The notes under the pieces are model-generated. The model was not told where the DNA came from and did no database searches. It saw nothing but the letters and a program-made list of their open reading frames with translations. This document shows, one piece after another, positions 30,176 through 40,313 of a stretch of 64,000 nt of DNA; within the stretch, counting starts at the first letter, position 1; every line of letters starts with the position of its first letter. The position numbers were made by a program, and so were the translations under genes. Source of the stretch: an uncultured Rhodoplanes sp. (GTDB taxonomy: Bacteria; Pseudomonadota; Alphaproteobacteria; Rhizobiales; Xanthobacteraceae); the NCBI GenBank assembly GCA_936924235.1, contig CAKZHN010000179.1:15588-79587 (forward strand), in the 5' to 3' direction.

Positions 30176-31234
30176 ATGCGCAGCTTCCAGGTCTGCCAAT
30201 GCGGCGAGCCGCTGCAATGCAACGAGATGCCCGATCCCAAACCTGCCGGCACCGAGGTGCTGCTGAAGGTTGTGGCCGCAGGCGTCTGCCACAGCGATCT
30301 GCACCTGTCCGACGGTTACTTCGACCTCGGCGGTGGCAAGAAGCTCAGTGTCACCGAACGTGGCATGAAGCTGCCGGTCACGCTCGGCCATGAGAACGTC
30401 GGCGAGGTGGTCGCCGTCGGTCCCGACGCGCGCGGCGTCAAGCTCGGCGATCGGCGGCTGGTCGATCCCTGGATGGGCTGCGGCGAATGTACGGTGTGCA
30501 AGCGCGGGGACGAGCAGCTCTGCACCAAGCCCGGCAGCATCGGCGTGTTCCGGAATGGCGGCTACAGCACGCATCTGATGGTGCCGCATCCGCGCTACCT
30601 GTTCGACATCGGCAACATCCCGCCGGAGCGCGCGGCGCCGCTCGCCTGCTCGGGCGTCACGACCTATAGCGCGCTGAAGAAAGTGGGCCCGACGCTCACC
30701 ACCGACCCGGTGGTGATCATCGGCGCCGGCGGGCTCGGGCTGATGTGCCTCGCCCTGCACAAGGCGATGGGCGGGCACAGCGCGATCGTGGTCGACATCG
30801 ATCCGGCGAAGCGCGACGCCGCGAAGAAGGCCGGCGCGGCCGCCGTGATCGACGGCGCAGCGCCGGATGCCTCAAAGCAGATCATCGCCGCGACCAAGGG
30901 CGGCGCCTGGGCGGTGATCGATCTGGTCGGCTCGGCCGCGACCGCGAAGCTCGGCCTCGACAGCCTGGCCAAGGCCGGCAAGCTCATTCTCGTCGGCCTC
31001 TACGGCGGCGAGATCACGCTGTCGCTGCCGCCGTTCCCGATGAAGGCGATCACCATCCAGGGCTCCTACACCGGGAGCCTGACCGAGACCGCCGAGCTGA
31101 TCGAGCTCGTGCAGCGGACGGGCCTGCCGCCGGTGCCGGTCGCGACGCGGCCGCTCGACGACGTCAACGCGGTGTTGAGCGAGCTGCGTGCCGGAAAAGT
31201 GATTGGCCGGGTCGTGCTGACGCCTGTCAGTTGA
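30176..31234 (+). CDS. Zinc-dependent alcohol dehydrogenase (MDR family)
   Basis: GHE catalytic-Zn motif, CGECTVC structural-Zn cluster and a GAGGLG Rossmann motif; GGGAGG RBS. Confidence 0.8.
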   Translation: MRSFQVCQCGEPLQCNEMPDPKPAGTEVLLKVVAAGVCHSDLHLSDGYFDLGGGKKLSVTERGMKLPVTLGHENVGEVVAVGPDARGVKLGDRRLVDPWMGCGECTVCKRGDEQLCTKPGSIGVFRNGGYSTHLMVPHPRYLFDIGNIPPERAAPLACSGVTTYSALKKVGPTLTTDPVVIIGAGGLGLMCLALHKAMGGHSAIVVDIDPAKRDAAKKAGAAAVIDGAAPDASKQIIAATKGGAWAVIDLVGSAATAKLGLDSLAKAGKLILVGLYGGEITLSLPPFPMKAITIQGSYTGSLTETAELIELVQRTGLPPVPVATRPLDDVNAVLSELRAGKVIGRVVLTPVS

Positions 31235-31258
31235 TAAGACCCTGCCAGTTGATAAGAC
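31223..31258. repeat. Tandem 18-bp direct repeat (cctgYcagttgataagac, 2 copies) spanning the ADH stop codon
   Basis: 31223-31240 and 31241-31258 differ at one base; the ADH TGA stop lies in copy 1. Confidence 0.7.
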
Positions 31259-31283
31259 AGCGGGACCATTGGAGACCACGGAA

Positions 31284-31793
31284 ATGGATGCTGCCGAACT
31301 TCGCGCCATGCAGGCGCCCATCAAGGACCGCTACAAGAGCGATCCGGGCGCGGCGCTGATCACGCTCAAGGCCAAGGGCACGCTCGACGACAGCAACATC
31401 GCCTGCAAGGTCGAGACCGGACGGGCGCTCGCGACCGCGGGGCTGCATCCGGCGACCGGCGGCTCGGGCCTGGAGCTCTGCTCGGGCGACATGCTGCTCG
31501 AGGCGCTGGTGGCCTGCGCCGGCGTGACCTTGAAGGCCGTCTCCACGGCGCTGGCCATCCCGCTGAAGTCGGGAACGGTGTCGGCCGAGGGCGATCTCGA
31601 TTTTCGCGGCACGCTCGGCGTCGACAAGGAGGCGCCGGTCGGCTTCCGGCAGATCAGGCTCCGCTTCGACGTCGACACCGATGTGCCGCAGGACAAGCTC
31701 GATCAGCTCCTGAAGCTCACCGAGCGCTATTGCGTGGTCTATCAGACCATCGCCAAGGGGCCGCCGGTCGATATCAAGCTTTCCCGCGTGTGA
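31284..31793 (+). CDS. OsmC/Ohr-family peroxiredoxin-like protein
   Basis: OsmC fold with conserved Cys (ELCSGDMLLEALVACAG). Confidence 0.7.
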   Translation: MDAAELRAMQAPIKDRYKSDPGAALITLKAKGTLDDSNIACKVETGRALATAGLHPATGGSGLELCSGDMLLEALVACAGVTLKAVSTALAIPLKSGTVSAEGDLDFRGTLGVDKEAPVGFRQIRLRFDVDTDVPQDKLDQLLKLTERYCVVYQTIAKGPPVDIKLSRV

Positions 31794-31819
31794 TCTGAAA
31801 AAATCACAGACCTCTCCAC

Positions 31820-31937
31820 GTCATGCCCGGCCTTGTGCCGGGCATCCACGTCTTGGCACAAGGTAAGACGTGGATGGCCGGGACATAGGCGAGCGAACCG
31901 ACGCCGTCCTTCGGACGGCTATGCCCGGCCATCACTA
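31820..31937. repeat. REP-like palindromic element, family C (gtcatgcccggcc...ggcataggcgagcgaaNcgacgccgtccttcg...cccggccat)
   Basis: Imperfect palindrome; related copies at 62921-62985 and 63985-end. Confidence 0.55.
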
Positions 31938-31955
31938 CCGTCTATTGAAGCGGTA

Positions 31956-32753
31956 ATGTCCCCCGACCTCCTGTTCTGGCTCTCGCTCGTTCTGAAAATG
32001 GCCGTCACCGCGGGCTTCGTGGTCGGCGCCGCCATGGTGGCCGAGCGCGCCGGACCCGCGATCGGCGCGCTGGTCGCGACTTTGCCGATCGCCGCGGGCC
32101 CGGCCTATGTCTTCGTCGCGCTCGACCACAATGCGGCGTTCATCTCGGCCAGCGCCATCGGCAGCATCGCGGCGCATGCGGCGACCGCGGTGTTTTCGTT
32201 GGTGTTCGTCGTGCTGGCGCAACGCTTCAGCACTGTCGTGAGCGTCGGCTGCGCGGTGGCGAGCTGGTTCATCGTGGCGTTTCTGCTGCGGCTCGTGCCT
32301 TGGACCTTCCCGACGGTGGCGGCCGCAAACCTCGCGATCTTCGGCGCCTGCATGCTGGTGACCGACCGCTATCGCCACGCCAAGATGCCGCTGATCGTGC
32401 GCAGATGGTACGACGTGCTGGTGCGCGCCGTCATGGTGGCGTGCTTGGTCGCCGCCGTGGTGGGGCTGAGCGGCCGGGTCGGCCCGCTCGTCACGGGGCT
32501 CCTCGCCGTCTATCCGATCGTGATGACCAGCCTGATGCTGATCTTCCAGCCGCGCGTCGGCGGGCCTGCGACCGCGGCGCTGATCGCCAATTCGATGTGG
32601 GGCTTGGTCGGCTTCAGCGCGTGTCTGTTCACCGTGCACCTCGCCCCGGTGCCGCTCGGCACTTGGCCCGGGCTTCTTCTTTCGCTCGTGGTCTCGGTGG
32701 TCTGGAATATTGCGCTCTACGCGCTGCGCCGCCGCGCGATCGTGCGGCGCTGA
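31956..32753 (+). CDS. Hypothetical polytopic membrane protein
   Basis: About 8 predicted hydrophobic helices and no known motif. Confidence 0.5.
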   Translation: MSPDLLFWLSLVLKMAVTAGFVVGAAMVAERAGPAIGALVATLPIAAGPAYVFVALDHNAAFISASAIGSIAAHAATAVFSLVFVVLAQRFSTVVSVGCAVASWFIVAFLLRLVPWTFPTVAAANLAIFGACMLVTDRYRHAKMPLIVRRWYDVLVRAVMVACLVAAVVGLSGRVGPLVTGLLAVYPIVMTSLMLIFQPRVGGPATAALIANSMWGLVGFSACLFTVHLAPVPLGTWPGLLLSLVVSVVWNIALYALRRRAIVRR

Positions 32754-32759
32754 TCGCGT

Positions 32760-33743
32760 CTATTCGACCTTGATGTCGTTCTCGCGGATCACCTTCGACC
32801 ACTTCTTGGTCTCCGCCTTGATGAAGGCGTCGAATTCCTCCGGCGACATCACCAGCGACTGGAACATCTGCGGCTCCAGGAATTTCTTGTCGAACTCCGG
32901 ATCGCCGAAGATCTTACGCGCCTCGCCGTTGAGCTTCATCACCACGTCGCGCGGCGTGGCGGCCGGCGCGAACAGGCCGAACCAGGTGGTCGCCTCGTAA
33001 CCCGGCAGGCCGGTCTCGGCGACGGTCGGAATGTCGGCGACCTGCGGCAGCCGCTTTTCGCTGCCGATGCCGAGAATCTTGATCTGTCCGGCCCGATAGG
33101 GCGGCTCCGCGAGGCTGACGCTCACCGACATCAGGCTGATGTGGCCCGCGATCAGGTCGTTGAGAGCGGGCGCGGCGCCGCGATAGTGCACAGCGTTGAG
33201 CTTGATGCCGGCCATGTTCTTGAGCAGCTCGATGTTCATGTGCGGCGCCGAGCCGATGCCGGCGGTGCCGAAGTTCAGCTCGCCGGGCTTCTGCCTGGCA
33301 AGCTCGATCAGCTCCTTGACGTTGTTGACCGGCAGCGACTTGCTGGCCAGCAGCGCCTGGTTGATGCGGACGAGGCCGGTGACCGGGGCAAAGTCGGTGT
33401 TCTCGTCGTAGGGCAGCTTGCCCTTGGGATAGATCGCCGGATTGATCGTGAAGGTGCCGGCTTCCGCGATCATCAGCGTGTGGCCGTCCGGTGCGGCCTT
33501 GGCCACCGCGCTCGCGCCGGTGACGTGGGCGGCGCCACCCTTGTTCTCGACGATGACCTGCTGGCCCCAGTCCTCGGCAAGCTTCTGGCCGAAGGCGCGC
33601 GCCACCACATCGGTGACGCCGCCGGCCGCCGCGGTGACGACCAGCGTGATCGGCCGGGACGGATAGGTCTGTGCTTGCGCGCCGACAAGAAACCCGGCCA
33701 ACGACAGCAGCACGCCAAAAAACCGCACGCCGAGATACCTCAT
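32760..33743 (-). CDS. TctC/Bug-family periplasmic solute-binding protein
   Basis: Signal peptide; AAAGGVTDVVARAFGQKLAEDWGQQVIVENKGGAAHV...APDGHTLM is the canonical TctC motif. Confidence 0.85.
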   Translation of the reverse strand: MRYLGVRFFGVLLSLAGFLVGAQAQTYPSRPITLVVTAAAGGVTDVVARAFGQKLAEDWGQQVIVENKGGAAHVTGASAVAKAAPDGHTLMIAEAGTFTINPAIYPKGKLPYDENTDFAPVTGLVRINQALLASKSLPVNNVKELIELARQKPGELNFGTAGIGSAPHMNIELLKNMAGIKLNAVHYRGAAPALNDLIAGHISLMSVSVSLAEPPYRAGQIKILGIGSEKRLPQVADIPTVAETGLPGYEATTWFGLFAPAATPRDVVMKLNGEARKIFGDPEFDKKFLEPQMFQSLVMSPEEFDAFIKAETKKWSKVIRENDIKVE

Positions 33744-33786
33744 GGCACGTCCTCTCCCGAATGCCGCTATTCCGCGGCTCCTTGGC

Positions 33787-34755
33787 TCAATCGATGTGCA
33801 CCTTGGCTTCGCGTACCACCTTCGACCATTTCTGCGTGTCCGCCTTGATAAAGGCCTCGAACTCCTCCGGCGTGCCGATCAGTGACTGGAACATCTGCGG
33901 CGCCATGAATTTCTCGTCGAACGCCGGATCGCTGAACACCTTCCGCGCCTCGCCGTTGACCTTCATGATCACGTCACGTGGCGTGCCGGCCGGCGCGAAC
34001 AGCCCGAACCAGGTGATGGCCTCGTAACCCGGCAGGCCGGTTTCGGCGACCGTCGGAACGTCGGGAAGCCGCGCCAGCCGCTTCGCGCTGCCGATACCGA
34101 GGATCTTGATCTGGCCGGCCTGCCAGGGCGCGACCCCGAGGCTCACGCTCACCGACATCACGTCGACATGCCCGGCGATCAGGTCGTTGAGCGCGGGCGC
34201 GGCGCCGCGATAGTGCACCGGCATGAGATCCACGCCGGCCATCGTCTTGAACAGCTCGATGTTCATGTGCAGCGCCGAGCCGATGCCGGCGGTGCCGTAG
34301 TTCAACGCGCCGGGCTTCTGCTTGGCGAGCGCGATCAGCTCCCTGGCGTTGTCGGCCGGCAGCGACTTGCGGGCGAGCAGCGCCTGATTGATGCGGACCA
34401 GGCCGGTGATCGGCGCAAAATCCGTCTTCTCGTCATAGGGCAGCTTGCCCTTGGCAAAGATCAGCGGGTTGATCGCGAAGGCGCCGGCCTCGGCCACCAT
34501 CAGCGTATGGCCGTCGGGCGCGGCCCTGGCGACGCTCGTGAGCCCGGTGACGTGGGCCGAGCCGCCCTTGTTCTCGACGATGACCTGCTGGCCCCAGTCC
34601 TCGGCCATCTTCTGGGCGAAGGCGCGGGCCACCACGTCGGTGACGCCGCCGGCCGGTGCGGTGACGACGATGGTGATCGGGCGCGACGGATAGGACTGCG
34701 CGTGCGCCGGTGCCGCTGCCAGCAGGCCGATGAGCAACGCGGCGAGATATCTCAT
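33787..34755 (-). CDS. TctC/Bug-family periplasmic solute-binding protein (paralog)
   Basis: Strongly similar to 32760-33743; GGGAGG RBS at the MRYLAALL start. Confidence 0.85.
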   Translation of the reverse strand: MRYLAALLIGLLAAAPAHAQSYPSRPITIVVTAPAGGVTDVVARAFAQKMAEDWGQQVIVENKGGSAHVTGLTSVARAAPDGHTLMVAEAGAFAINPLIFAKGKLPYDEKTDFAPITGLVRINQALLARKSLPADNARELIALAKQKPGALNYGTAGIGSALHMNIELFKTMAGVDLMPVHYRGAAPALNDLIAGHVDVMSVSVSLGVAPWQAGQIKILGIGSAKRLARLPDVPTVAETGLPGYEAITWFGLFAPAGTPRDVIMKVNGEARKVFSDPAFDEKFMAPQMFQSLIGTPEEFEAFIKADTQKWSKVVREAKVHID

Positions 34756-34793
34756 GGCACGTCCTCCCGGCCGCGATGGTCCGCGGCTCTCGA

Positions 34794-35780
34794 TCAATCG
34801 ATCTGCAGCTTGGCCTCGCCGATCACTTTCGACCACTTCGCCTGTTCGTCGCGCAGATAGGCGGCAAAGCCCGTGAGCGAACCGGGCAGCGGCTGCACCA
34901 CCTGCGGCTCGAGGAACTTGGCGCGGAATTCCGGATCGGCGATCACCTTCTGCACGTCGGTGTTGATCCTCGCGAGCACCTCGGGCGGCACGCCGGCCGG
35001 CGCAAACAGGCCGAACGACACGCCGGCGTCGTAGCCCGGCACGGTCTCGGCGATGGTCGGCACGTCGGCAAACTGCGCGACGCGCTGCAGGCTGCCGAAG
35101 CCCAGCATGTTGAGCTTGCCGGCCTTCACGGTCGGCAACGCGATCGACGGGCCCATGATGATCGTGTTGATGTGGCCCGCGATGACGTCGTTGAGCGCCG
35201 GGCTCGCGCCGCGATAGTGGATCGGCGACAGCTTCGCACCGGTCATGGTCTCGAGCAGCAGCGCACCCATATGCGGCGCGGTGCCGAGCCCGGCGGTGCC
35301 GTAGCTGATGGTGCCGGGCTTGTCCTTGGCGAGCGCGACCAGCTCCTTCACGGACTTCGCCGGCACCGCGGGATTGACCAGCAGCGCCATCGGGATCGAC
35401 GCAAAGCCCGCGACCGGAATGAAATCGGTGGCCGCGTCATAGGCGAGCTTGCCCTTGGAATGCAGGAACGGCTGGATCGTGAACATGCCGGTTTCGGTGG
35501 CCAGCAGTGTGTAGCCGTCCGGTGCCGCCGCTTTCACCATGGTGGCCGCGAAGCTGTGGCCCGCGCCGCCGCGGTTCTCGATGACGATGGGCTGGCTCCA
35601 GAGCTGCGACAGCCGCTGGCTGACGGCGCGCGTCAGCACGTCGGTCAATCCGCCGGCCGCCGATGTGACGACGATGGTGACGGTGCGGTTGGGATAGGCC
35701 TGTGCCCGGACCGGATTCGTGGCCGCAACAGCGGAAATGAGCCCAATCAGCGCGGCAAGCGCGCGCAGCGTCATCCTCAT
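34794..35780 (-). CDS. TctC/Bug-family periplasmic solute-binding protein (paralog)
   Basis: SAAGGLTDVLTRAVSQRL...IENRGGAGH...APDGYTLL; start at MRMTLRAL. Confidence 0.85.
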   Translation of the reverse strand: MRMTLRALAALIGLISAVAATNPVRAQAYPNRTVTIVVTSAAGGLTDVLTRAVSQRLSQLWSQPIVIENRGGAGHSFAATMVKAAAPDGYTLLATETGMFTIQPFLHSKGKLAYDAATDFIPVAGFASIPMALLVNPAVPAKSVKELVALAKDKPGTISYGTAGLGTAPHMGALLLETMTGAKLSPIHYRGASPALNDVIAGHINTIIMGPSIALPTVKAGKLNMLGFGSLQRVAQFADVPTIAETVPGYDAGVSFGLFAPAGVPPEVLARINTDVQKVIADPEFRAKFLEPQVVQPLPGSLTGFAAYLRDEQAKWSKVIGEAKLQID

Positions 35781-35863
35781 GGCGTTCCTCGAAGTCTTCT
35801 TGTGTTCGCGGAGAGGTCCCGCGATTGGCGGCTTGAGCCTAGCACGCGGCATGAAAGGCGCGG

Positions 35864-38599
35864 CTAGGCCCGATCTTGGGATTTTTGCTTGAGCGCATAC
35901 AGCGCCTCAAGCGCCTCGCGCGGCGACATATCGTCCGGATTGATCGCCTGCAGCGCGCCGACCAGCGCCTCGAGCGCGCTTTGCCGCGGATCGGGGGCGG
36001 CTGGCTTGGCCTGCGCGGCGAACAGCGGCAGGTCCTCGAAGCCGCGCGGTGTGGCGCGGTCCTCGGCCTCCAGCATGGCGAGCACGACCTTGGCGCGCTC
36101 GATCACGCTTGCCGGCAGCCCCGCGAGCTTCGCCACCTGGATGCCGTAGGAGCGGTCGGCGGCGCCGGGCACCACCTCGTGCAGGAACACCACGTCGCCC
36201 TGCCATTCCTTGACGCGGACGGTGGCGTTGTGAAGCCGCGGCAGCTTGGTCGCGAGCACGGTGAGCTCGTGGAAATGCGTCGCGAACAGCGCGCGGCTGC
36301 GGTTCTGCTCGTGCAGATGCTCGATCGCCGCCCAGGCGATCGAGAGGCCGTCGAAGGTCGCGGTGCCGCGGCCGATCTCGTCCAGGATCACGAGCGACTG
36401 CGGCGTCGCCTGGTTGAGGATGCTCGCGGTCTCGACCATCTCGACCATGAAGGTCGAGCGGCCGCGGGCCAGATCGTCGGCGGCGCCGACGCGAGAGAAC
36501 AGCCGGTCGACCACGCCGATCTTGGCGTGCCTGGCCGGCACGAAGCTGCCCATCTGAGCCAGCACCACGATCAGCGCGTTCTGGCGGAGGAAGGTCGATT
36601 TGCCGGCCATGTTGGGACCGGTCATCAGCCAGATTCGACCTGATTTGCCGCCGCTCGGCGGCGACAGGTTGCAATCGTTGGCGACGAACGGCGTGTCGAT
36701 CGACTGCTCGACCACCACGTGGCGGCCGCCTGCGATGACGAAGTCGAGCGAGCGGTCGACTTCGGGCCGAACATATTGCCGCTCGACCGACAGCGCTGCG
36801 AGCGAGCTTGCGACGTCGAGCGTCGCCAGCGCATCGGCTGCAGCCTTGATCGCGTCGCTCGCCGCGATCACCGTCGCGTTGAGCCGTTCGAAGATTTCCA
36901 GCTCCAGATTGAGCGCCCGATCGGCCGCGTTGGCGATCTTCGCTTCCAACTCGCCGAGCTCGGTGGTGGTAAAGCGCACCTGGCCGGCCAGCGTCTGGCG
37001 ATGGATGAAGGTCGCGTTCAGCGGCGCGCTCATCAGCTTCTCGCCGTGCTGCGCCGTGACGTCGACGAAATAGCCCAGCACGTTGTTGTGCTTGATCTTG
37101 AGCGATTTGACGCCGCTGTCGTCGGCGTAGCGGGCCTGCAGGCCGGCGATCACCTTGCGGGATTCGTCGCGCAACGCGCGTGCCTCGTCGAGGGCTTCGA
37201 GGCAGCCCTCGCGGACGAAGCCGCCGTCGCGTTTCATGAGCGGCAATTCGTCGGCAAGCGACCGGGCCAACTCCGTCGCCAGCGCCGGATCGGGCCGGCG
37301 CAGCGATGTCATGGCCTGCGCTATCTCGTCGGGCTTCTCGGCCAGCGCTTCGAGACGCTTGGCGAGATAGGCCGCAGCCTCGATGCCGTCGCGGATCGCG
37401 GCGAGATCGCGTGGTCCGCCGCGGCCGACCACGAGTCGCGACAGCGCCCGCGAAAGATCCGGCGCGGCGCCGAGATGCTGGCGCGTCTCCTGCCGCGCCA
37501 GCGCATCGGCCGAGAACACCGCGTTGCTGTCGAGGCGCCGGTTGATCTCGTCTGGATCGGTCAGCGGAGCCGCAAGGCGCTGCGCCAGGAGCCGCGAGCC
37601 CGCCGCCGTCACGGTGCGGTCGATCGCGGCCAGAAGCGAGCCGCGCCGCTCGCCGCCGAGCGTGCGGGTGAGCTCCAGATTGGCCCGCGTCGCCTGATCG
37701 ATCGACAGCGTCGCGCCCTGCGCCTCGCGAACCGGCGGCGACAGCGGCGGCCGCTTGCCGAGCTGCGTGCGCTCCACGTAGGTGACGCAGGCCGCGGCGG
37801 CGGTTAGCTCCAACCGCGTCAGCGAGCCGAAGGCGTCGGTGGTGGCGACCGCGAAATAATCCGACAGCCGCCGCTCGGCGGTGGCGCCGTCGAACACGTC
37901 GCGGGTGAGCGGCGTCACGGCCGGCAGGGTGCGGAGGTATGGCGCAAACTCGGGATCGGAATAGAGCGCGTCGGAGACGATGATCTCGGACGGCTCCAGC
38001 CGCGCGATCTCAGCGGCGAGGCCGACGCGGTCGCACTCGGCGATGCGGAACTCGCCGGTCGAAATATCGATCCAGCCCAGTGCAAACCGCGCATCAGCGT
38101 TGTCCGACGAGGAGCGCGCCCGCACCACGGCAAGCAGGTAGTTGTTGCGCCGGGCGTCGAGCAGCGTGTCCTCGGTGAGCGTGCCGGCCGTCACCAGACG
38201 GATGACGTTGCGCCGGACGATGCTCTTGCCGCCGCGCTTCTTCGCTTCGGCCGGGTCCTCGAGCTGCTCGCAGACCGCGACCCGATGGCCCTGCGCGATC
38301 AGGCGATGCAGGTATTCATCGGAGCGGTGCACCGGCACCCCGCACATCGGGATGTCCTGGCCGAGGTGCTTGCCGCGCTTGGTCAGCACAATGCCGAGCG
38401 CGCGGCTCGCGATCTCGGCATCCTCGAAGAACAGCTCGTAGAAATCGCCCATCCGGTAGAACAGCAGACTGTCCGGATTGGCGGCTTTGATCTCGAGATA
38501 CTGCTCCATGACCGGCGACGGTCGCGCCGCAGGCTCCTGTGCAGCGGTTTCCTGCGCGGCAGTTGCGTCATCGGGCGGCAGATTGCGGGCGGCATCCAT
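35864..38599 (-). CDS. mutS: DNA mismatch repair protein MutS
   Basis: N-terminal mismatch-binding [11 protein letters not shown]...[11 protein letters not shown] and C-terminal ABC ATPase GPNMAGKST. Confidence 0.9.
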   Translation of the reverse strand: MDAARNLPPDDATAAQETAAQEPAARPSPVMEQYLEIKAANPDSLLFYRMGDFYELFFEDAEIASRALGIVLTKRGKHLGQDIPMCGVPVHRSDEYLHRLIAQGHRVAVCEQLEDPAEAKKRGGKSIVRRNVIRLVTAGTLTEDTLLDARRNNYLLAVVRARSSSDNADARFALGWIDISTGEFRIAECDRVGLAAEIARLEPSEIIVSDALYSDPEFAPYLRTLPAVTPLTRDVFDGATAERRLSDYFAVATTDAFGSLTRLELTAAAACVTYVERTQLGKRPPLSPPVREAQGATLSIDQATRANLELTRTLGGERRGSLLAAIDRTVTAAGSRLLAQRLAAPLTDPDEINRRLDSNAVFSADALARQETRQHLGAAPDLSRALSRLVVGRGGPRDLAAIRDGIEAAAYLAKRLEALAEKPDEIAQAMTSLRRPDPALATELARSLADELPLMKRDGGFVREGCLEALDEARALRDESRKVIAGLQARYADDSGVKSLKIKHNNVLGYFVDVTAQHGEKLMSAPLNATFIHRQTLAGQVRFTTTELGELEAKIANAADRALNLELEIFERLNATVIAASDAIKAAADALATLDVASSLAALSVERQYVRPEVDRSLDFVIAGGRHVVVEQSIDTPFVANDCNLSPPSGGKSGRIWLMTGPNMAGKSTFLRQNALIVVLAQMGSFVPARHAKIGVVDRLFSRVGAADDLARGRSTFMVEMVETASILNQATPQSLVILDEIGRGTATFDGLSIAWAAIEHLHEQNRSRALFATHFHELTVLATKLPRLHNATVRVKEWQGDVVFLHEVVPGAADRSYGIQVAKLAGLPASVIERAKVVLAMLEAEDRATPRGFEDLPLFAAQAKPAAPDPRQSALEALVGALQAINPDDMSPREALEALYALKQKSQDRA

Positions 38600-38768
38600 G
38601 GGGCCGGACCGTAGCAGAGGGTGGCGGCGGATTCACGGCTGCGGCCCCGGCAACCCCAGCAGGCTGTGGACTTTTCCCGCTTCAATTGGCCGAGCTTTGT
38701 GGCTCGTGTCGGCCGCCGGCCGATGCTAGCCTCTCGTTCCAAAACAAATTCGGGGTAGAGGAAACCAC

Positions 38769-39314
38769 ATGCCACGCATCACGCTGATCGACCGCGCCAA
38801 CATGAACGCCGACCAGGCGCGGGTCTATGACGCCGCCAAGGCCGCCGGCGGTCCGCTCGGCGGGCCGTACTACGCCTATATCCGGCTGCCGAAGCTGTTC
38901 GAGGCGGCGCAGAACCTGCGCGCCACGCTCGGCTCCGGCCCGCTGTCGCGCCGCGAGCAGCAGATCGTCAACATCACGGTCGCGCGGCACTGGAACGCGA
39001 GATATCCGTGGCATGCGCAGGTGCGCGCCTCGCTCACCGTCGGTATTCCGCAGTCGGTGATCGACGCGATCAACGCGCGCAAGGAGCCGGAACTGTCCGA
39101 CGCCCGCGAGAAGACGTGCTTCGTGGTGGCGAAGGAGCTGCTTGCCAACAAGGGTTTGAGCAACGAGACCTATGCGGCCGCCGCCAAGACGATGGGCGAG
39201 GAAAGCCTTGTGGCGCTTGTCGCCACCACCGGCAGCTTCTCGATGACCTGCATGACGGCAGCGACCTTCGGCATCGAACCGCCAAAGGATGATCCGACAC
39301 CGCTGAAAGAATAG
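38769..39314 (+). CDS. Carboxymuconolactone decarboxylase (AhpD-like) family protein
   Basis: 181-aa CMD-fold protein. Confidence 0.65.
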   Translation: MPRITLIDRANMNADQARVYDAAKAAGGPLGGPYYAYIRLPKLFEAAQNLRATLGSGPLSRREQQIVNITVARHWNARYPWHAQVRASLTVGIPQSVIDAINARKEPELSDAREKTCFVVAKELLANKGLSNETYAAAAKTMGEESLVALVATTGSFSMTCMTAATFGIEPPKDDPTPLKE

Positions 39315-39356
39315 CGGGCAACGGCACAACGCAGCGCAAGAAGCTTCTTGCGCTGC

Positions 39357-40214
39357 TCAGTCCGTCGTAAACTTTTCAAACCGACCCTTACGATAGACGA
39401 AGAGCGCATTCGTCAGCCGATAAGGTCCATCAGAAAATTTGGCAATCGCCTCGCGCACTTGCTTCAGGCCGGTGCGACTCTGCGATCCGGTTATCAGCAG
39501 CATGTTGCGCTGGGGGAGCGCCACCACGATGTCCCCGCTCACCTTGATCTGGCCGCTCGTCCAGATGTGGTCGAGCAGCAGCAGGCTCGCGTCGTAGTCG
39601 CCACCGGCCGTCATGATGAACATGTCGCCATCGCGTCCCATTCCGACTTTCGGCAGAATACGGATGAGGTTTTCGATCGCGAGCGTTTTGAGTTCGCTTC
39701 GTTTGATGGCGGCCACTTCGTCCTCGGCCAGATAACGCATGCGATTCGGGTCATCCAACGCATAGATGATGACGAGTTCGTTGTTGAAATCATCGGCCGC
39801 CAACCCCGGGGCATTTGGGCTGGTTTGTGCGCGAATTCTGCCGTTCGTTTCGTCGAGCCACGGACGATCCTTGATCACCGGAATGATGCGTTTGCTGTCG
39901 AGCACCGCGCTCTTTGCCGATGCATCCCGCCGCGGTGGCAGTCCGGCAAGATACTTCCGGGTCAGCTCTTCCAGCCGGTTCGGATCGTCTCGGTAGCTCT
40001 GATAGAAATTCGCGAGAGAGATTTCGAGGGTGCGGCCGTCCGGGTCTTTGGTCTGAATCGAGAGGTCGCCCTTGATGGCGACCGTTGTGCCCGGCCACGC
40101 GGCCTTCAGACGCTTTACAAAGGCCTCGGTAAAAGCCTGCGGTGCCAGCGTTTCCGCTTGCGCAGCGAAAGACAGAAAAATGCCAACGATGACGGCGAAT
40201 AAAAAACGCACCAT
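39357..40214 (-). CDS. Hypothetical secreted protein with lower GC than its neighbours
   Basis: Signal peptide MVRFLFAVIVGIFLSFAAQA; roughly 57-58% GC against ~65% in flanking sequence. Confidence 0.55.
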   Translation of the reverse strand: MVRFLFAVIVGIFLSFAAQAETLAPQAFTEAFVKRLKAAWPGTTVAIKGDLSIQTKDPDGRTLEISLANFYQSYRDDPNRLEELTRKYLAGLPPRRDASAKSAVLDSKRIIPVIKDRPWLDETNGRIRAQTSPNAPGLAADDFNNELVIIYALDDPNRMRYLAEDEVAAIKRSELKTLAIENLIRILPKVGMGRDGDMFIMTAGGDYDASLLLLDHIWTSGQIKVSGDIVVALPQRNMLLITGSQSRTGLKQVREAIAKFSDGPYRLTNALFVYRKGRFEKFTTD

Positions 40215-40215
40215 G

Positions 40216-40259
40216 TACGCCCCCTGAGATACAACCTCAGACTGTACCCAAGGGGCGTA
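40216..40259. promoter_or_regulatory. Structured 5' leader: an 8-bp perfect inverted repeat (tacgcccc/ggggcgta) flanking an inner 5-bp IR, directly upstream of the 39357-40214 start codon
   Basis: tacgcccc-ctgag-atacaacc-tcag-actgtacccaa-ggggcgta; the presumed RBS (ggggcgta) is inside the stem. Confidence 0.4.
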
Positions 40260-40313
40260 GGCAGTCAAGTACAAAACGTGAACATTAGCGTAGTCAATTC
40301 GACGCCACTGTTG

